64,000 nucleotides of DNA from Pseudomonas aeruginosa PAO1. GTDB lineage: Bacteria > Pseudomonadota > Gammaproteobacteria > Pseudomonadales > Pseudomonadaceae. The translations under genes and the position numbers were made by a program. Below the pieces are notes generated by a model. The model saw only the letters and a program-made list of their open reading frames with translations. It was not told the DNA's origin and searched no databases. This document shows positions 44,202-57,779 of this stretch, one piece after another. Each line of letters opens with the position of its first letter. Position 1 is the first letter of the stretch. The stretch lies in NCBI RefSeq assembly GCF_000006765.1, contig NC_002516.2; one strand, written 5' to 3'.

Positions 44202-44690
44202 TCAGACGTGGTAGACGTCGATCAGCTGGCGAACGTAGTCGTTCTTCAGGATCACTTTCTTGGCCTTGATCAGCGGACTCTCGCCGCGTACGTCGAGGTC
44301 GTAGAAGGTGGTGCCGAAGTAGCTGTCCACGGTCTTGTAGCGATAGCTCAGGGTGTGCCAGTTGCAGCGCACGCGGCAGATGCCGTCGTCCTCGCCGAGC
44401 AGTTCGATGTTGCTCAGGTTGTGCGAGGTGCGGGTGTCCGGCAGGGTCGCGCTGGAGCGCTCGGTGCGGATGCGGAATACCCGGTCCTCCAGGCCGCCGC
44501 GGTTGCCGTACCAGATCAGCGAGATTTCCCGCTGCGGGTCCTCGGTGAGCTGGTCGCGGTCGTCCCAGGACGGCATCCAGAAACTGGCGTCCGCGGCGTA
44601 CAACGCCAGCCAGGCGTCCCAATCCTTGTCGTCGAGATAGCGCGCCTCGCGGTAGAGGAAATCGCGCAGGGCGTCGTAGCCCAGGCTCAT
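44202..44690 (-). CDS. xylY: Benzoate/toluate dioxygenase beta subunit (BenB homolog)
   Basis: [37 protein letters not shown]. Confidence 0.95.
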   Translation of the reverse strand: MSLGYDALRDFLYREARYLDDKDWDAWLALYAADASFWMPSWDDRDQLTEDPQREISLIWYGNRGGLEDRVFRIRTERSSATLPDTRTSHNLSNIELLGEDDGICRVRCNWHTLSYRYKTVDSYFGTTFYDLDVRGESPLIKAKKVILKNDYVRQLIDVYHV

Positions 44691-46054
44691 GACGCCACCT
44701 CCCGCAGCGCCACGCGCTGCGTCCGTTCGCGCTCCAGGGCGGCGAGCAGCGCCTCCTGCCAGTAGCGATGCTGCAATACGAACAGCCCTTCGTCCTCGGT
44801 GCGCACGCCGCTCAGGCGCGGCCGCAGGTCGATGGCCGCGGCCGCCGCGTCGGCGCCCTCTATCCAGTGTTCGGCGCCGCGCGACAGGTCGTTCCAGCCG
44901 ACCACGCTGCCCTGGTAGCCCTGCTGGCAGGAACGGAACTCCTCCAGGTCGTCCGGGGTGGCCATGCCGCTGACGTTGAAGAAGTCCTCGTACTGGCGGA
45001 TGCGCCGGGCGCGCGCCTCGGCGCTCTCGCCTTTCGGCGCGATGCAGTAGATGGTGATTTCCGTGCGGTCCACCGACAGCGGCCGGGCGATGCGGATCTG
45101 CGAGCTGAACTGGTCCATCAGGTACACGTTGGGGTACAGGCAGAGGTTGCGCGAGTTCTCGATCATCCAGTCGGCGCGGGCCTCGCCGAAGTCGCGGGCA
45201 AGCTCGGCGCGGCGCTCGAAGGCCGGCCGGTCCTCGGGGTTGGCCCAGCGACTCCAGAGCAGCATGTGGCCATGCTCGAACGAGTAGAAGCCGCCGCCCT
45301 GCCGGGCCCAGCCCGCGGCGCTCATGGTCCGCAGCGGGTCCGCGGCGTCGCGCTGCTGGCGCTGGCTCTGGGTCGCCGCGTAGTTCCAGTGCACCGAACT
45401 GACGTGATAGCCGTCGGCGCCGTTCTCGGCGGTGAGCTTCCAGTTGCCTTCGTAGACATAGCTGGAAGAGCCGCGCAGCACCTCGAGGCCTTCCGGCGAC
45501 TGGTCGACGATCATGTCGATGATCTTCGCCGACTCGCCCAGGTGCTCGGCCAGCGGCCTGACATCGGGGTTGAGGCTGCCGAACAGGAAGCCACGGTAGG
45601 ACTCGAAGCGCGCCACCCGGGTCAGGTCGTGCGAGCCCTCGCAGTTGAAGCCCTGCGGGTAGCCGGCCTCGGCCGGGTCCTTGACCTTGAGCAGCTTGCC
45701 GGAGTTGTTGAAGGTCCAGCCGTGGAACGGACAGGTATAGCTGCTGCGATTGCCGCTCTTGTGCCGGCAGAGCATCGCGCCACGGTGGCTGCAGGCGTTG
45801 ATGAAGGCGTTGAGCTGGCCGTCGCGGTTGCGCGCGATGACGATCGACTGGCGGCCGATCTGGGTGGTCAGGTAGTCGTTGACTCCGGCAACCTGGCTTT
45901 CGTGGGCGAGATAGACCCAGTTGCCCTCGAAGATGTGCTTCATCTCCAGTTCGAACAGGCGTGGATCGGTGAACATCTCCCGCTTGCAGCGGTAGACGCC
46001 GCGCTCGGGGTCTTCCTCGAGCAGAGAACGCAAGTAATCGCTACCCAGGGACAT
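44687..46054 (-). CDS. xylX: Benzoate/toluate dioxygenase alpha subunit (BenA homolog)
   Basis: Rieske CSH...CPFH; [10 protein letters not shown]; [14 protein letters not shown]. Confidence 0.95.
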   Translation of the reverse strand: MSLGSDYLRSLLEEDPERGVYRCKREMFTDPRLFELEMKHIFEGNWVYLAHESQVAGVNDYLTTQIGRQSIVIARNRDGQLNAFINACSHRGAMLCRHKSGNRSSYTCPFHGWTFNNSGKLLKVKDPAEAGYPQGFNCEGSHDLTRVARFESYRGFLFGSLNPDVRPLAEHLGESAKIIDMIVDQSPEGLEVLRGSSSYVYEGNWKLTAENGADGYHVSSVHWNYAATQSQRQQRDAADPLRTMSAAGWARQGGGFYSFEHGHMLLWSRWANPEDRPAFERRAELARDFGEARADWMIENSRNLCLYPNVYLMDQFSSQIRIARPLSVDRTEITIYCIAPKGESAEARARRIRQYEDFFNVSGMATPDDLEEFRSCQQGYQGSVVGWNDLSRGAEHWIEGADAAAAAIDLRPRLSGVRTEDEGLFVLQHRYWQEALLAALERERTQRVALREVAS

Positions 46055-46068
46055 GGCCGGGGCCTCCG

Positions 46069-46079
46069 TTGTTATTGTT
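46069..46079 (-). promoter_or_regulatory. Hfq/Crc CA motif upstream of xylX
   Basis: AACAATAACAA adjacent to the GGAGG RBS. Confidence 0.65.
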
Positions 46080-46117
46080 CAGGCCCGGTCAGGTTAGGTA
46101 GCGCGTGCTGCTGGGGA

Positions 46118-46153
46118 TATCCGTTGCCTGCGGATCGCTGGCCGATTCCTGCA
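46118..46153 (-). promoter_or_regulatory. XylS/BenR tandem binding site (Pm-type)
   Basis: TGCA-N6-GGCCA, N6, CGCA-N6-GGATA at 21-bp period; fits TGCA-N6-GGNTA. Confidence 0.8.
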
Positions 46154-46170
46154 CGCCGTGGCGGTCGGCG

Positions 46171-47127
46171 CTAGGCGCGCCGGCGCAGGGTTTCCGAAGG
46201 CAGCTCGCCGAACTGCCGGCGATATTGCTCGGCGAAGCGGCCGAGGTGGGCGAAACCGAAGTCCAGGGCCAGTTCGGTGAGGTTGCGTACCCGGCAGCCG
46301 GGGTCTTCCAGGCAGGCGCGGATGCGCTCCAGGCGCAGCCGGCGAATGTATTGCCGAGGGCTCTCGCCAAGCTGGCGCTCGAACAGCGCGTACAGCGAAC
46401 GGGTGCTCATGTGCGCCTGCTCGGCCAGCGCCGCGACCTCGATCTCGCTCTGCAGATGGCGGCGGATGTAGGCATCGAGGCGGGCGAAGACGACCTGCGC
46501 ATCGCCGGGGTCCTCGCGGCTGACGTTGGTCTTCAGCAGGGTCAGCAGCTTGCTGCCGAGGATCTGCTCGAAGTGGCTGTCGACCCGCGCCAGCCGCTCG
46601 CCGGACTCGGCCTCGCGGCAGACCAGGGCGAGCAGGCCGACGAAGCCTTCCAGCTGGTCCAGGCGATAGCGATGTTCGAGGAAACGCACGCCGCGCGCCG
46701 GATGGCTCCAGCGCTGCTCGGCGCAGATCGCTTCGAGCAGCGCGCAGGGCAGCTTGACGATGAATTTCTCGCAGTCCGCCGAATAGGTCAGGTCGACCGG
46801 ATCGTCCGGGTTGATCAGCAACAGCTCGCCCGGCGCCAGGGCGTGTTCCTGCCCGCCGCCGCGCCACAGGCAGTGGCCGCGCAGGAGGATCTGCAGGTGG
46901 AAGATGCTCTCCAGCGCCGGCGAGGTGACCCGTACCGCCGCGCCGTAGCTGATCCGGCACAGGTCGAGGCTGGCGAAGGTGCGGTGGTCGAGGCTGGCTT
47001 GCGGCCTGCCGGCGGCCGGCAGGCGTATGCAGTGCGTACCGACGTGCCGGTTGACATAGCCGGACACCGCATAGGGGTCGGCACGTTCGAACACCCGGCT
47101 GCGCTCGCTGAGCAAGGAGGCATTCAT
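46171..47127 (-). CDS. xylS: XylS/BenR activator; PA2519
   Basis: MNASLLSERSRVF..DPYAVSGYVN; MSTRSLYALFER and GFAHLGRFAEQYRRQFGELPS; 318 aa. Confidence 0.93.
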   Translation of the reverse strand: MNASLLSERSRVFERADPYAVSGYVNRHVGTHCIRLPAAGRPQASLDHRTFASLDLCRISYGAAVRVTSPALESIFHLQILLRGHCLWRGGGQEHALAPGELLLINPDDPVDLTYSADCEKFIVKLPCALLEAICAEQRWSHPARGVRFLEHRYRLDQLEGFVGLLALVCREAESGERLARVDSHFEQILGSKLLTLLKTNVSREDPGDAQVVFARLDAYIRRHLQSEIEVAALAEQAHMSTRSLYALFERQLGESPRQYIRRLRLERIRACLEDPGCRVRNLTELALDFGFAHLGRFAEQYRRQFGELPSETLRRRA

Positions 47128-47152
47128 GGGCAGGACACTCAGGCTGCTATCG

Positions 47153-47162
47153 TTGTTGTTAT
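47153..47162 (-). promoter_or_regulatory. Hfq/Crc CA motif upstream of xylS
   Basis: ATAACAACAA on the minus strand ~25 nt before the start codon. Confidence 0.6.
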
Positions 47163-47285
47163 CGCCGCGCGGCACCAAGCGCCGGGCGCGGAACGTCCAC
47201 CCACACTACGCAAGCCCTCCGCCGGCGACAATCCGGGCCGGCAATCGCGTGCGGTAATCGAACGGAATCCGTCCAACGGCCAACG

Positions 47286-47318
47286 AAAAAGGGCCGCCAG
47301 GGTTTCCCCTGCCGGCCC
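47286..47318 (-). terminator. Intrinsic terminator of czcCBA
   Basis: Minus strand GGGCCG-g-CAGGG-gaaa-CCCTG-g-CGGCCC-TTTTT. Confidence 0.8.
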
Positions 47319-47333
47319 GCTTGCGCGCCCGCT

Positions 47334-51966
<4,633 letters not shown>

Positions 51967-52018
51967 TCTGTTCTCCCGAACCGTTCGGGGGGCGCGCCGG
52001 CGGCCCGCCCCGGAAATC

Positions 52019-53305
52019 TCACTGGCCGAGGTGGCCGATGTCTTCGCCGAGCAGGCGCTCCATGCTCACCCGCGCCTGTGCCGCGGCGTCCAGCGCGCGC
52101 ACGTACTGGGCACGGACGCCGACCAGGGTGCGCTGGGCATCGAGCACGTCGAGGAAGTTGAACTTGCCCATCTCGAAGCCGCGGGTCATCGAGTCCAGCG
52201 CGCTCTGTGCGCCGGGCAGCAGGTCGCGACGGACCAGCGCCAGCTCCTGTTCCGAGGTGCGCAACTGGTCGTAGGCCTGTACCGCTTCGCTGCGCAGGCG
52301 CAGCAGGGTCGCGCGCTGCAGGTCGCGGGCCTGGTCGGCGCGGCTCTGGGCGGCGTAGATGTTGCCCTGGTTGCGGTCGAACAGCGGCAGCGGCATCGAC
52401 AGGCCGATCAGGTTGACCCGTTCGCCACGTCCGTCGCGGGCGGTCTGGTCGTACTTGCTGCCGATGCTGACCGTCAGGTTGGGGATGCGCTGGCGCTTCT
52501 CCAGGTCGACCTGGGCCTCGCCGCGCGCTACCTCCTGGGCCGCCAGGCGCAGGGTCGGCGACTCGTCGAGATGGCGCAGCAAGGCGCCACGGGTGATGCT
52601 CGCCGGCACCGCGTCGAGCGCGCCGCCGACCCTGGCGAAGCCTGGCTGCGGCTCGTCCCAGGTGCTCGACAGCTGCACATAGGTGCGCTGCTGCTCCAGC
52701 TCCGCCTGGCTCAGGTCGAGCTGGGCGTTGTCCGCCAGGACCTGGGCGCGAACCCGTTCCACCGAGGAGATGCTGCCGGCCTTGACCCGTCGGTCGGCGG
52801 CCTGCAGCGCGCGCCTGGCCAGGTCCAGGGAGGTCTTCGCCAGGCGCACCCGCTCCTGCGCGGTCAGCGCCGCGTAGTAGGCGCCGCGGACCTGGGCGCG
52901 CAGTTCGGCGCGACGGACTTCCAGTTGGGTCCAGGCGATCTCGCTGCCGCGTTTCGCCACCTCCACCCGCGCACCGCGCTTGCCGCCCAGCTCCAGCGGC
53001 TGGGCGATGCTGACGCTGGTCTGGCGATTGCCTTGGCGGGTGTCCTCGACGCTCCAGGACAGATCCGGGTTGGGGATCAGCCCGGCCTGCTGCCGCGCGC
53101 CGCTGGCGATCTCGGTCTCGCGCCCCACCGCCGCCAGCTCGGGGTTGCTCCGCAGGGCCCGCTCCAACGCCTGCTCGAGGCTGATCGAAGTGCCGTTGAA
53201 ACTCACCGGCGCCTCGTTCGCCAGGGCCGGCAGGCCCAGGCAGAGTCCCATCAGTAGCCAGCAGGCGCGTTTCCCCGCGCTGGCCAGTGGCCGAAGTATC
53301 GGCAT
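52019..53305 (-). CDS. czcC: Outer-membrane factor CzcC
   Basis: QAGLIPNP, QPLELGGKRGAR, PLPLFDRNQG, GKFNFLDVLDAQR; 428 aa from MPILRP. Confidence 0.95.
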   Translation of the reverse strand: MPILRPLASAGKRACWLLMGLCLGLPALANEAPVSFNGTSISLEQALERALRSNPELAAVGRETEIASGARQQAGLIPNPDLSWSVEDTRQGNRQTSVSIAQPLELGGKRGARVEVAKRGSEIAWTQLEVRRAELRAQVRGAYYAALTAQERVRLAKTSLDLARRALQAADRRVKAGSISSVERVRAQVLADNAQLDLSQAELEQQRTYVQLSSTWDEPQPGFARVGGALDAVPASITRGALLRHLDESPTLRLAAQEVARGEAQVDLEKRQRIPNLTVSIGSKYDQTARDGRGERVNLIGLSMPLPLFDRNQGNIYAAQSRADQARDLQRATLLRLRSEAVQAYDQLRTSEQELALVRRDLLPGAQSALDSMTRGFEMGKFNFLDVLDAQRTLVGVRAQYVRALDAAAQARVSMERLLGEDIGHLGQ

Positions 53306-53469
53306 GTTCCGCTCCTCGTCTGCTGATCGTCGTCGGCGACGGCGATCCATTACCGGCCCGGAACCACGCAACCGTTCATCGGCGATATCTCGCCGGCGAT
53401 ATTCGAAGTTGCACTTCCGGGATGCGGCAGATGTTAGGTAGCGGGGCTTATCGGCAAGGTGACGGAAGA

Positions 53470-53526
53470 ATTACAAGTCGGTAATGAATATTCTCCACGG
53501 ACAATTAGCGGTTACACTTCGGCAAC
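53470..53526. promoter_or_regulatory. Two CzcR-type boxes upstream of czcC
   Basis: ATTAC-AAGTCG-GTAAT (53470-53485, perfect) and GTTAC-ACTTCG-GCAAC (53511-53526). Confidence 0.7.
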
Positions 53527-53698
53527 CTTCGAAGAGACTGGCAATAGTTGGATGAAACATAGGGACAAAAGCAACATGCGCTTACAAAAGGCATTGCCCC
53601 TCACGCCCAGCGGTGCTTGCGCCGCGGACATTTCCAAAGTTCTCAGGCGGTCTCCCGGGAGAACTACCCGGTCATTCGATAATTATCATCGAAGCAGC

Positions 53699-53768
53699 GC
53701 AACGATATGAAATTACATTTCCAGGATTCTATCCAGGCAACGCCCGAAATGTAACTTTATAGCAATGC
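53699..53768. promoter_or_regulatory. Two inverted 23-bp Zur-like boxes upstream of czcR
   Basis: GAAATGTAACTTTATAGCAATGC (+, 53746-53768) and GAAATGTAATTTCATATCGTTGC (-, 53721-53699); 18/23 identical to each other, each 16/22 to the recalled gammaproteobacterial Zur consensus. Confidence 0.55.
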
Positions 53769-53817
53769 ACTTAAACATTTACTTGCAAATGAATCCATAC
53801 TTTATATAGGGGCGAAC

Positions 53818-54492
53818 ATGCGCATCCTTATTATCGAAGATGAAGTCAAGACTGCCGACTACCTGCACCAGGGCCTGACCGAAAGCGGCTACATCGTCGA
53901 CCGCGCCAACGATGGCATCGACGGCCTGCACATGGCCTTGCAACACCCTTACGAACTGGTGATCCTCGACGTCAACCTGCCCGGCATCGACGGCTGGGAC
54001 CTGCTCCGCCGCCTGCGCGAACGCAGCAGCGCGCGGGTGATGATGCTCACCGGGCATGGCAGGCTGACCGACAAGGTGCGCGGCCTCGATCTCGGCGCCG
54101 ACGACTTCATGGTCAAGCCGTTCCAGTTCCCCGAACTGCTGGCGCGGGTCCGCTCGCTGCTGCGCCGCCACGACCAGGCACCGATGCAGGACGTCCTGCG
54201 GGTCGCCGACCTGGAGCTGGACGCCAGCCGCCACCGGGCCTTCCGCGGCCGGGTGCGGATCAACCTGACGACCAAGGAGTTCGCCCTGCTGCACCTGCTG
54301 ATGCGGCGCAACGGCGACGTCATCACCCGGACGCAGATCATCTCGCTGATCTGGGACATGAACTTCGACAACGACTCCAACGTGGTGGAAGTCGCCATCT
54401 GCCGCCTGCGGGCGAAGATCGACGACGGCTTCGACCTCAAGCTGATCCATACCATTCGCGGCGTCGGCTACGTCCTGGAAGCGCGCCGATGA
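53818..54492 (+). CDS. czcR: Response regulator CzcR
   Basis: CusR/CopR-type: IEDE, DVNLP, KPF, WDMNFDNDSNVVEVAI, TIRGVGY. Confidence 0.95.
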   Translation: MRILIIEDEVKTADYLHQGLTESGYIVDRANDGIDGLHMALQHPYELVILDVNLPGIDGWDLLRRLRERSSARVMMLTGHGRLTDKVRGLDLGADDFMVKPFQFPELLARVRSLLRRHDQAPMQDVLRVADLELDASRHRAFRGRVRINLTTKEFALLHLLMRRNGDVITRTQIISLIWDMNFDNDSNVVEVAICRLRAKIDDGFDLKLIHTIRGVGYVLEARR

Positions 54493-55907
54493 CGCCACCA
54501 GGCCGACTGTCGCTGCGCCTGGCCCTGCTGGTCGGCGCCCTCGGCGCGCTGCTGGCCCTGGCGCTCGGCGCGATGGCGCACTGGAACCTCGGCCGCGAGC
54601 TGGAAGCCCGCGAGCGGGAAAACCTGCAATTGAAGCTGGAGCAGATCCGCCACAGCCTGGAAGACGATCTCGACCTGCGCAGCGACCCGGCCGTACAGGC
54701 GCATGCCCTGCAGGACCAACTGGTGGCGCACAGCGGCCTGCACCTGAGCATTCTCGACAGCCGCAGCGGCCAGCCGCTAATGAGCTTCGGCGACCAGGCT
54801 GCGGCCAGCGTCGCGGCCAACCGCGCGCTTCTCGCCCGCTTGCAGGCGGACGCCCGCCAGCCGGTGTTCCAGAGCTGGAGCACCGGCAACGACCAGCGCC
54901 TGCTGAGCATCGGCGCTTCCATGCGCATGAAGAACGGCACCCCGGTACAGGTGTTGCTGAGCAGCGAGCGCAACGCCGACGAGCGCCTGCTCGACGGTTT
55001 CCTCCGCGCCACCCTGCTGGCCCTGCCCTTCCTCCTGCCATTGATCGCCCTGGCCGCCTGGTGGGTGGTGCGTGCCGGCCTCGAACCGTTGAACCGCTTC
55101 CGCCGGGTGGCCGCCCAGGTCAGCCCGCAGGATCTCTCCTACCGCATCCCCGAGCAGAACCTGCCGCGCGAGCTGGACAGCCTGGCCCGCAGCTTCAACC
55201 ACATGCTCGGCCGCCTCGAGGATGGCGTACGCCAGCTCTCGCAGTTCTCCGACGACCTGGCCCACGAACTGCGCGCGCCGATCTGCAACCTGCTGGTGCG
55301 CAACCAGGTGCTGCTCAGCCAGCATCGCGACGGCGCGGCATACCGCGAAGCCCTGGAGTCCAATGCCGAGGAACTGGAGCGGCTGTCGCGGATCGTCACC
55401 GACATGCTGTTCCTGGTGCAGGTGGACAACCCGGCGATCCAGGCCCAGTTCGGCTGCGTCGCCCTGCACGAGCAGGCGGCCAAGGTCATCGACCTGTACG
55501 AGATGGTCGCCGAGGACAAGGGCGTCGAACTGCGCCTGTCCGGCAACGGCTTCGCCCACGGCGACAACCTGATGATCCAGCGCGCCATTTCCAACCTGGT
55601 GTCCAACGCCGTGCGCCACACCCCGCAAGGCGGGCGCATCGACGTGCGGATCGGGGAACGCGCGGGGCACACCGAGGTGAGGGTCAGCAACGACGGTCCG
55701 GGCATCCCGCCGGAGTACCTGCCGCACCTGTTCGAGCGCTTCTACCGCCGCGCCGGACGCCAGACTGGAGCCCAGGCCGGCACCGGCCTGGGACTGGCCA
55801 TCGTGCAATCGATCATGGCCTACCACGGCGGCCGCGCCGAAGCGGAAAGCGTACCGCAGCAGAAGACCCACCTGCGCCTGCTGTTCCCTTCGACGGGCGC
55901 TGCCTGA
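54489..55907 (+). CDS. czcS: Zn-sensing histidine kinase CzcS
   Basis: ATGA overlap; two TMs; FSDDLAHELRAP, NLVSNA, NDGPG, GLGLAIV; His55/Asp60 in the sensor helix. Confidence 0.95.
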   Translation: MTPPGRLSLRLALLVGALGALLALALGAMAHWNLGRELEARERENLQLKLEQIRHSLEDDLDLRSDPAVQAHALQDQLVAHSGLHLSILDSRSGQPLMSFGDQAAASVAANRALLARLQADARQPVFQSWSTGNDQRLLSIGASMRMKNGTPVQVLLSSERNADERLLDGFLRATLLALPFLLPLIALAAWWVVRAGLEPLNRFRRVAAQVSPQDLSYRIPEQNLPRELDSLARSFNHMLGRLEDGVRQLSQFSDDLAHELRAPICNLLVRNQVLLSQHRDGAAYREALESNAEELERLSRIVTDMLFLVQVDNPAIQAQFGCVALHEQAAKVIDLYEMVAEDKGVELRLSGNGFAHGDNLMIQRAISNLVSNAVRHTPQGGRIDVRIGERAGHTEVRVSNDGPGIPPEYLPHLFERFYRRAGRQTGAQAGTGLGLAIVQSIMAYHGGRAEAESVPQQKTHLRLLFPSTGAA

Positions 55908-55915
55908 CGCCGGTT

Positions 55916-56170
55916 TCAGCAACCGGCGCGGCGCCGCCACAGCCGGTACTCGCCGCAGAAACCGGCGAGGAACAGCGCCAGGCCGAGCGCCAGCAGGGTC
56001 CAGGGCGTCCGCAGCGGGGCGCGCTGGAGCGGCGGTTCACCGTGCAGCAGGACGAAGCATTGCAGCAGCGCCCAGAACATCGCAGCGACGCCGCCAAGCA
56101 TGGCCAGGCGGCACAACCAGCCGAGCCAGTAGCCTCGGCGCGAGGGCATTTCCGGAAACTTCCCCGACAC
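55916..56170 (-). CDS. Putative 84-aa two-TM membrane protein downstream of opmB
   Basis: GGAGGTG RBS 5 nt before GTG 56170; two hydrophobic helices; basic RRG and RLWRRR flanks. Confidence 0.55.
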   Translation of the reverse strand: MSGKFPEMPSRRGYWLGWLCRLAMLGGVAAMFWALLQCFVLLHGEPPLQRAPLRTPWTLLALGLALFLAGFCGEYRLWRRRAGC

Positions 56171-56282
56171 GTATTCACCTCCACATCCGCCGCCGTACTC
56201 TAGCCGAGACGCGGACGGCGGTGTGTCATGCAAGCGCAATAGCGGGGAAAGGCATTCGTCAGGAACAGGCAGCGAGAAGAAC

Positions 56283-57779
56283 TCAGGGCGAAGGCGGCAG
56301 GCCCTCTTCGACCCGGCCGAGCCGCTCGTCGGTCCGCTCGATGTCGGCGCTGTCCCAGCCGCCGCCCATTGCCGCGATCAACTGGACGCTGGCGGTCAGG
56401 CGGCTGCCGAGCAGGGTCAGCACGGTGCGTTCGTTGCTCAGCGCGGTGGCCTGGTTGGTGACCACGTCGGTGTAGTCGACGGTGCCGGCCTTGTACTGGT
56501 TCTCGGCCAGGCGCAGTGCCTCGCGGGCCGACTCCAGGGCTTCGCGCTGCACCCCGCTCTCCTCGTCGAGGACGCTCAATTGCACCAGGTAGTCCTCCAC
56601 CTCGCGGAAACCGTCGAGCACGGTCTGCCGGTAGGTCGCCACGGTCTGGTCGTAGGTAGCCTCGGCCTGGTCCACCTGGGAGCCGATCAGGCCGCCGTCA
56701 AACAGGGTCATGGCGAACTGCGGGCCGATCGACCAGAAGCGGTTCGGCGTGCTGATCCAGTTGCTCAGGCTGCCGCTGCGGTAGCCGCCGGCGGCGCTCA
56801 GGGTGAGGTCGGGGAAATAGGCGGCCTTGGCCACGCCGATCTGGGCGTTGGCGGAAATCACCTTGCGTTCCGCCGAGGCGATGTCCGGCCGTCGTTCGAG
56901 CAATTGCGACGGCACCACTGCCGGCAGGTCCGGCAGCTTCGGCACGCTCGCCACCGGCGGCAGGTTGAATTGCGCCGGCGGCAGGCCGACCAGCACGGCG
57001 ATGGCGTGCTCCAGCTGGGCACGCTGGTACTTCAGGTCGATGGCCTGGGCCTGGGTGCTTTTCAACTGGGTGCGGGCCTGGGCCACGTCGGCCCTGGTGA
57101 CGATGCCGGCGCGGTATTTGTTCTCGGCCACCTTCAGCGAACGCTCGTAGGCCGTCACCGTGTCGTTGAGCAGGCGGATCTGTTCGTCCATCACCCGCAG
57201 TTGCAGGTAGTTCTGCGCCAGTTGCGACTGCTGGCTGAGGCGCACCGCGGCGAGGTCGGCGGCGCTGGCATGCAGGCTCGCCTGGTTGGCCTCCAGTTGC
57301 CGGCGCAGCTTGCCCCAGAGGTCGACCTCCCAGCTGACACTGAGGTTGGTCGAGTAGCTGGTGCTGATCGCGCCAGAGCCGCCGCTGCTCACCGTCGAGC
57401 CTCCCGGCAGCAACACGGTGCTGTCGCCGCCGCCCTGGCCGCTGCGGGTCTTGCCCACGTTGCCGGTGATCGACGGGAAGAACGCCGCCCGCGCGCCGCG
57501 CACCAGCGCCTCGGCCTGGCGGAACTGCGCCACCGACTGGGCCAGGGTCTGGTTGGAACGTTCCAGGTGCATCTGCAGGTCGTTCAGGGTCTGGTCGCCG
57601 TACAGCTCCCACCAGGCGCCGCGCTGGAACACGTCGCGCGGCTCGGCGCGGCGCCAGCCTTCGGCTTCCTTGAATTCGGCGGGCACCGCCAGGTCCGGTC
57701 GCTGGTAGTCGGGGCCGATGGCGCAGCCGCCGAGGGCGGCGACCAGGGCCAGGGCGAGCAACGAGGGGGTGTGTTTCAT
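56283..57779 (-). CDS. opmB: Outer-membrane factor OpmB; PA2525
   Basis: Lipobox [11 protein letters not shown]; WEVDLWGK; [10 protein letters not shown]; 498 aa; ATGA overlap with muxC. Confidence 0.95.
   Translation of the reverse strand: MKHTPSLLALALVAALGGCAIGPDYQRPDLAVPAEFKEAEGWRRAEPRDVFQRGAWWELYGDQTLNDLQMHLERSNQTLAQSVAQFRQAEALVRGARAAFFPSITGNVGKTRSGQGGGDSTVLLPGGSTVSSGGSGAISTSYSTNLSVSWEVDLWGKLRRQLEANQASLHASAADLAAVRLSQQSQLAQNYLQLRVMDEQIRLLNDTVTAYERSLKVAENKYRAGIVTRADVAQARTQLKSTQAQAIDLKYQRAQLEHAIAVLVGLPPAQFNLPPVASVPKLPDLPAVVPSQLLERRPDIASAERKVISANAQIGVAKAAYFPDLTLSAAGGYRSGSLSNWISTPNRFWSIGPQFAMTLFDGGLIGSQVDQAEATYDQTVATYRQTVLDGFREVEDYLVQLSVLDEESGVQREALESAREALRLAENQYKAGTVDYTDVVTNQATALSNERTVLTLLGSRLTASVQLIAAMGGGWDSADIERTDERLGRVEEGLPPSP

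Noticed and set aside
37076-44765. Very long antisense ORFs (1230 aa at 37076-40768 minus; 1276 aa at 40935-44765 plus)
   Set aside because: They shadow catR/antR/antA and antBC/xylLZY; strong codon bias in high-GC genes removes stops in the antisense frame. No RBS or recognisable domain.
53459-53710. 83-aa ORF in the czcC-czcR spacer
   Set aside because: Atypical codon usage, no clear RBS, and it runs over the CzcR and Zur-like boxes.
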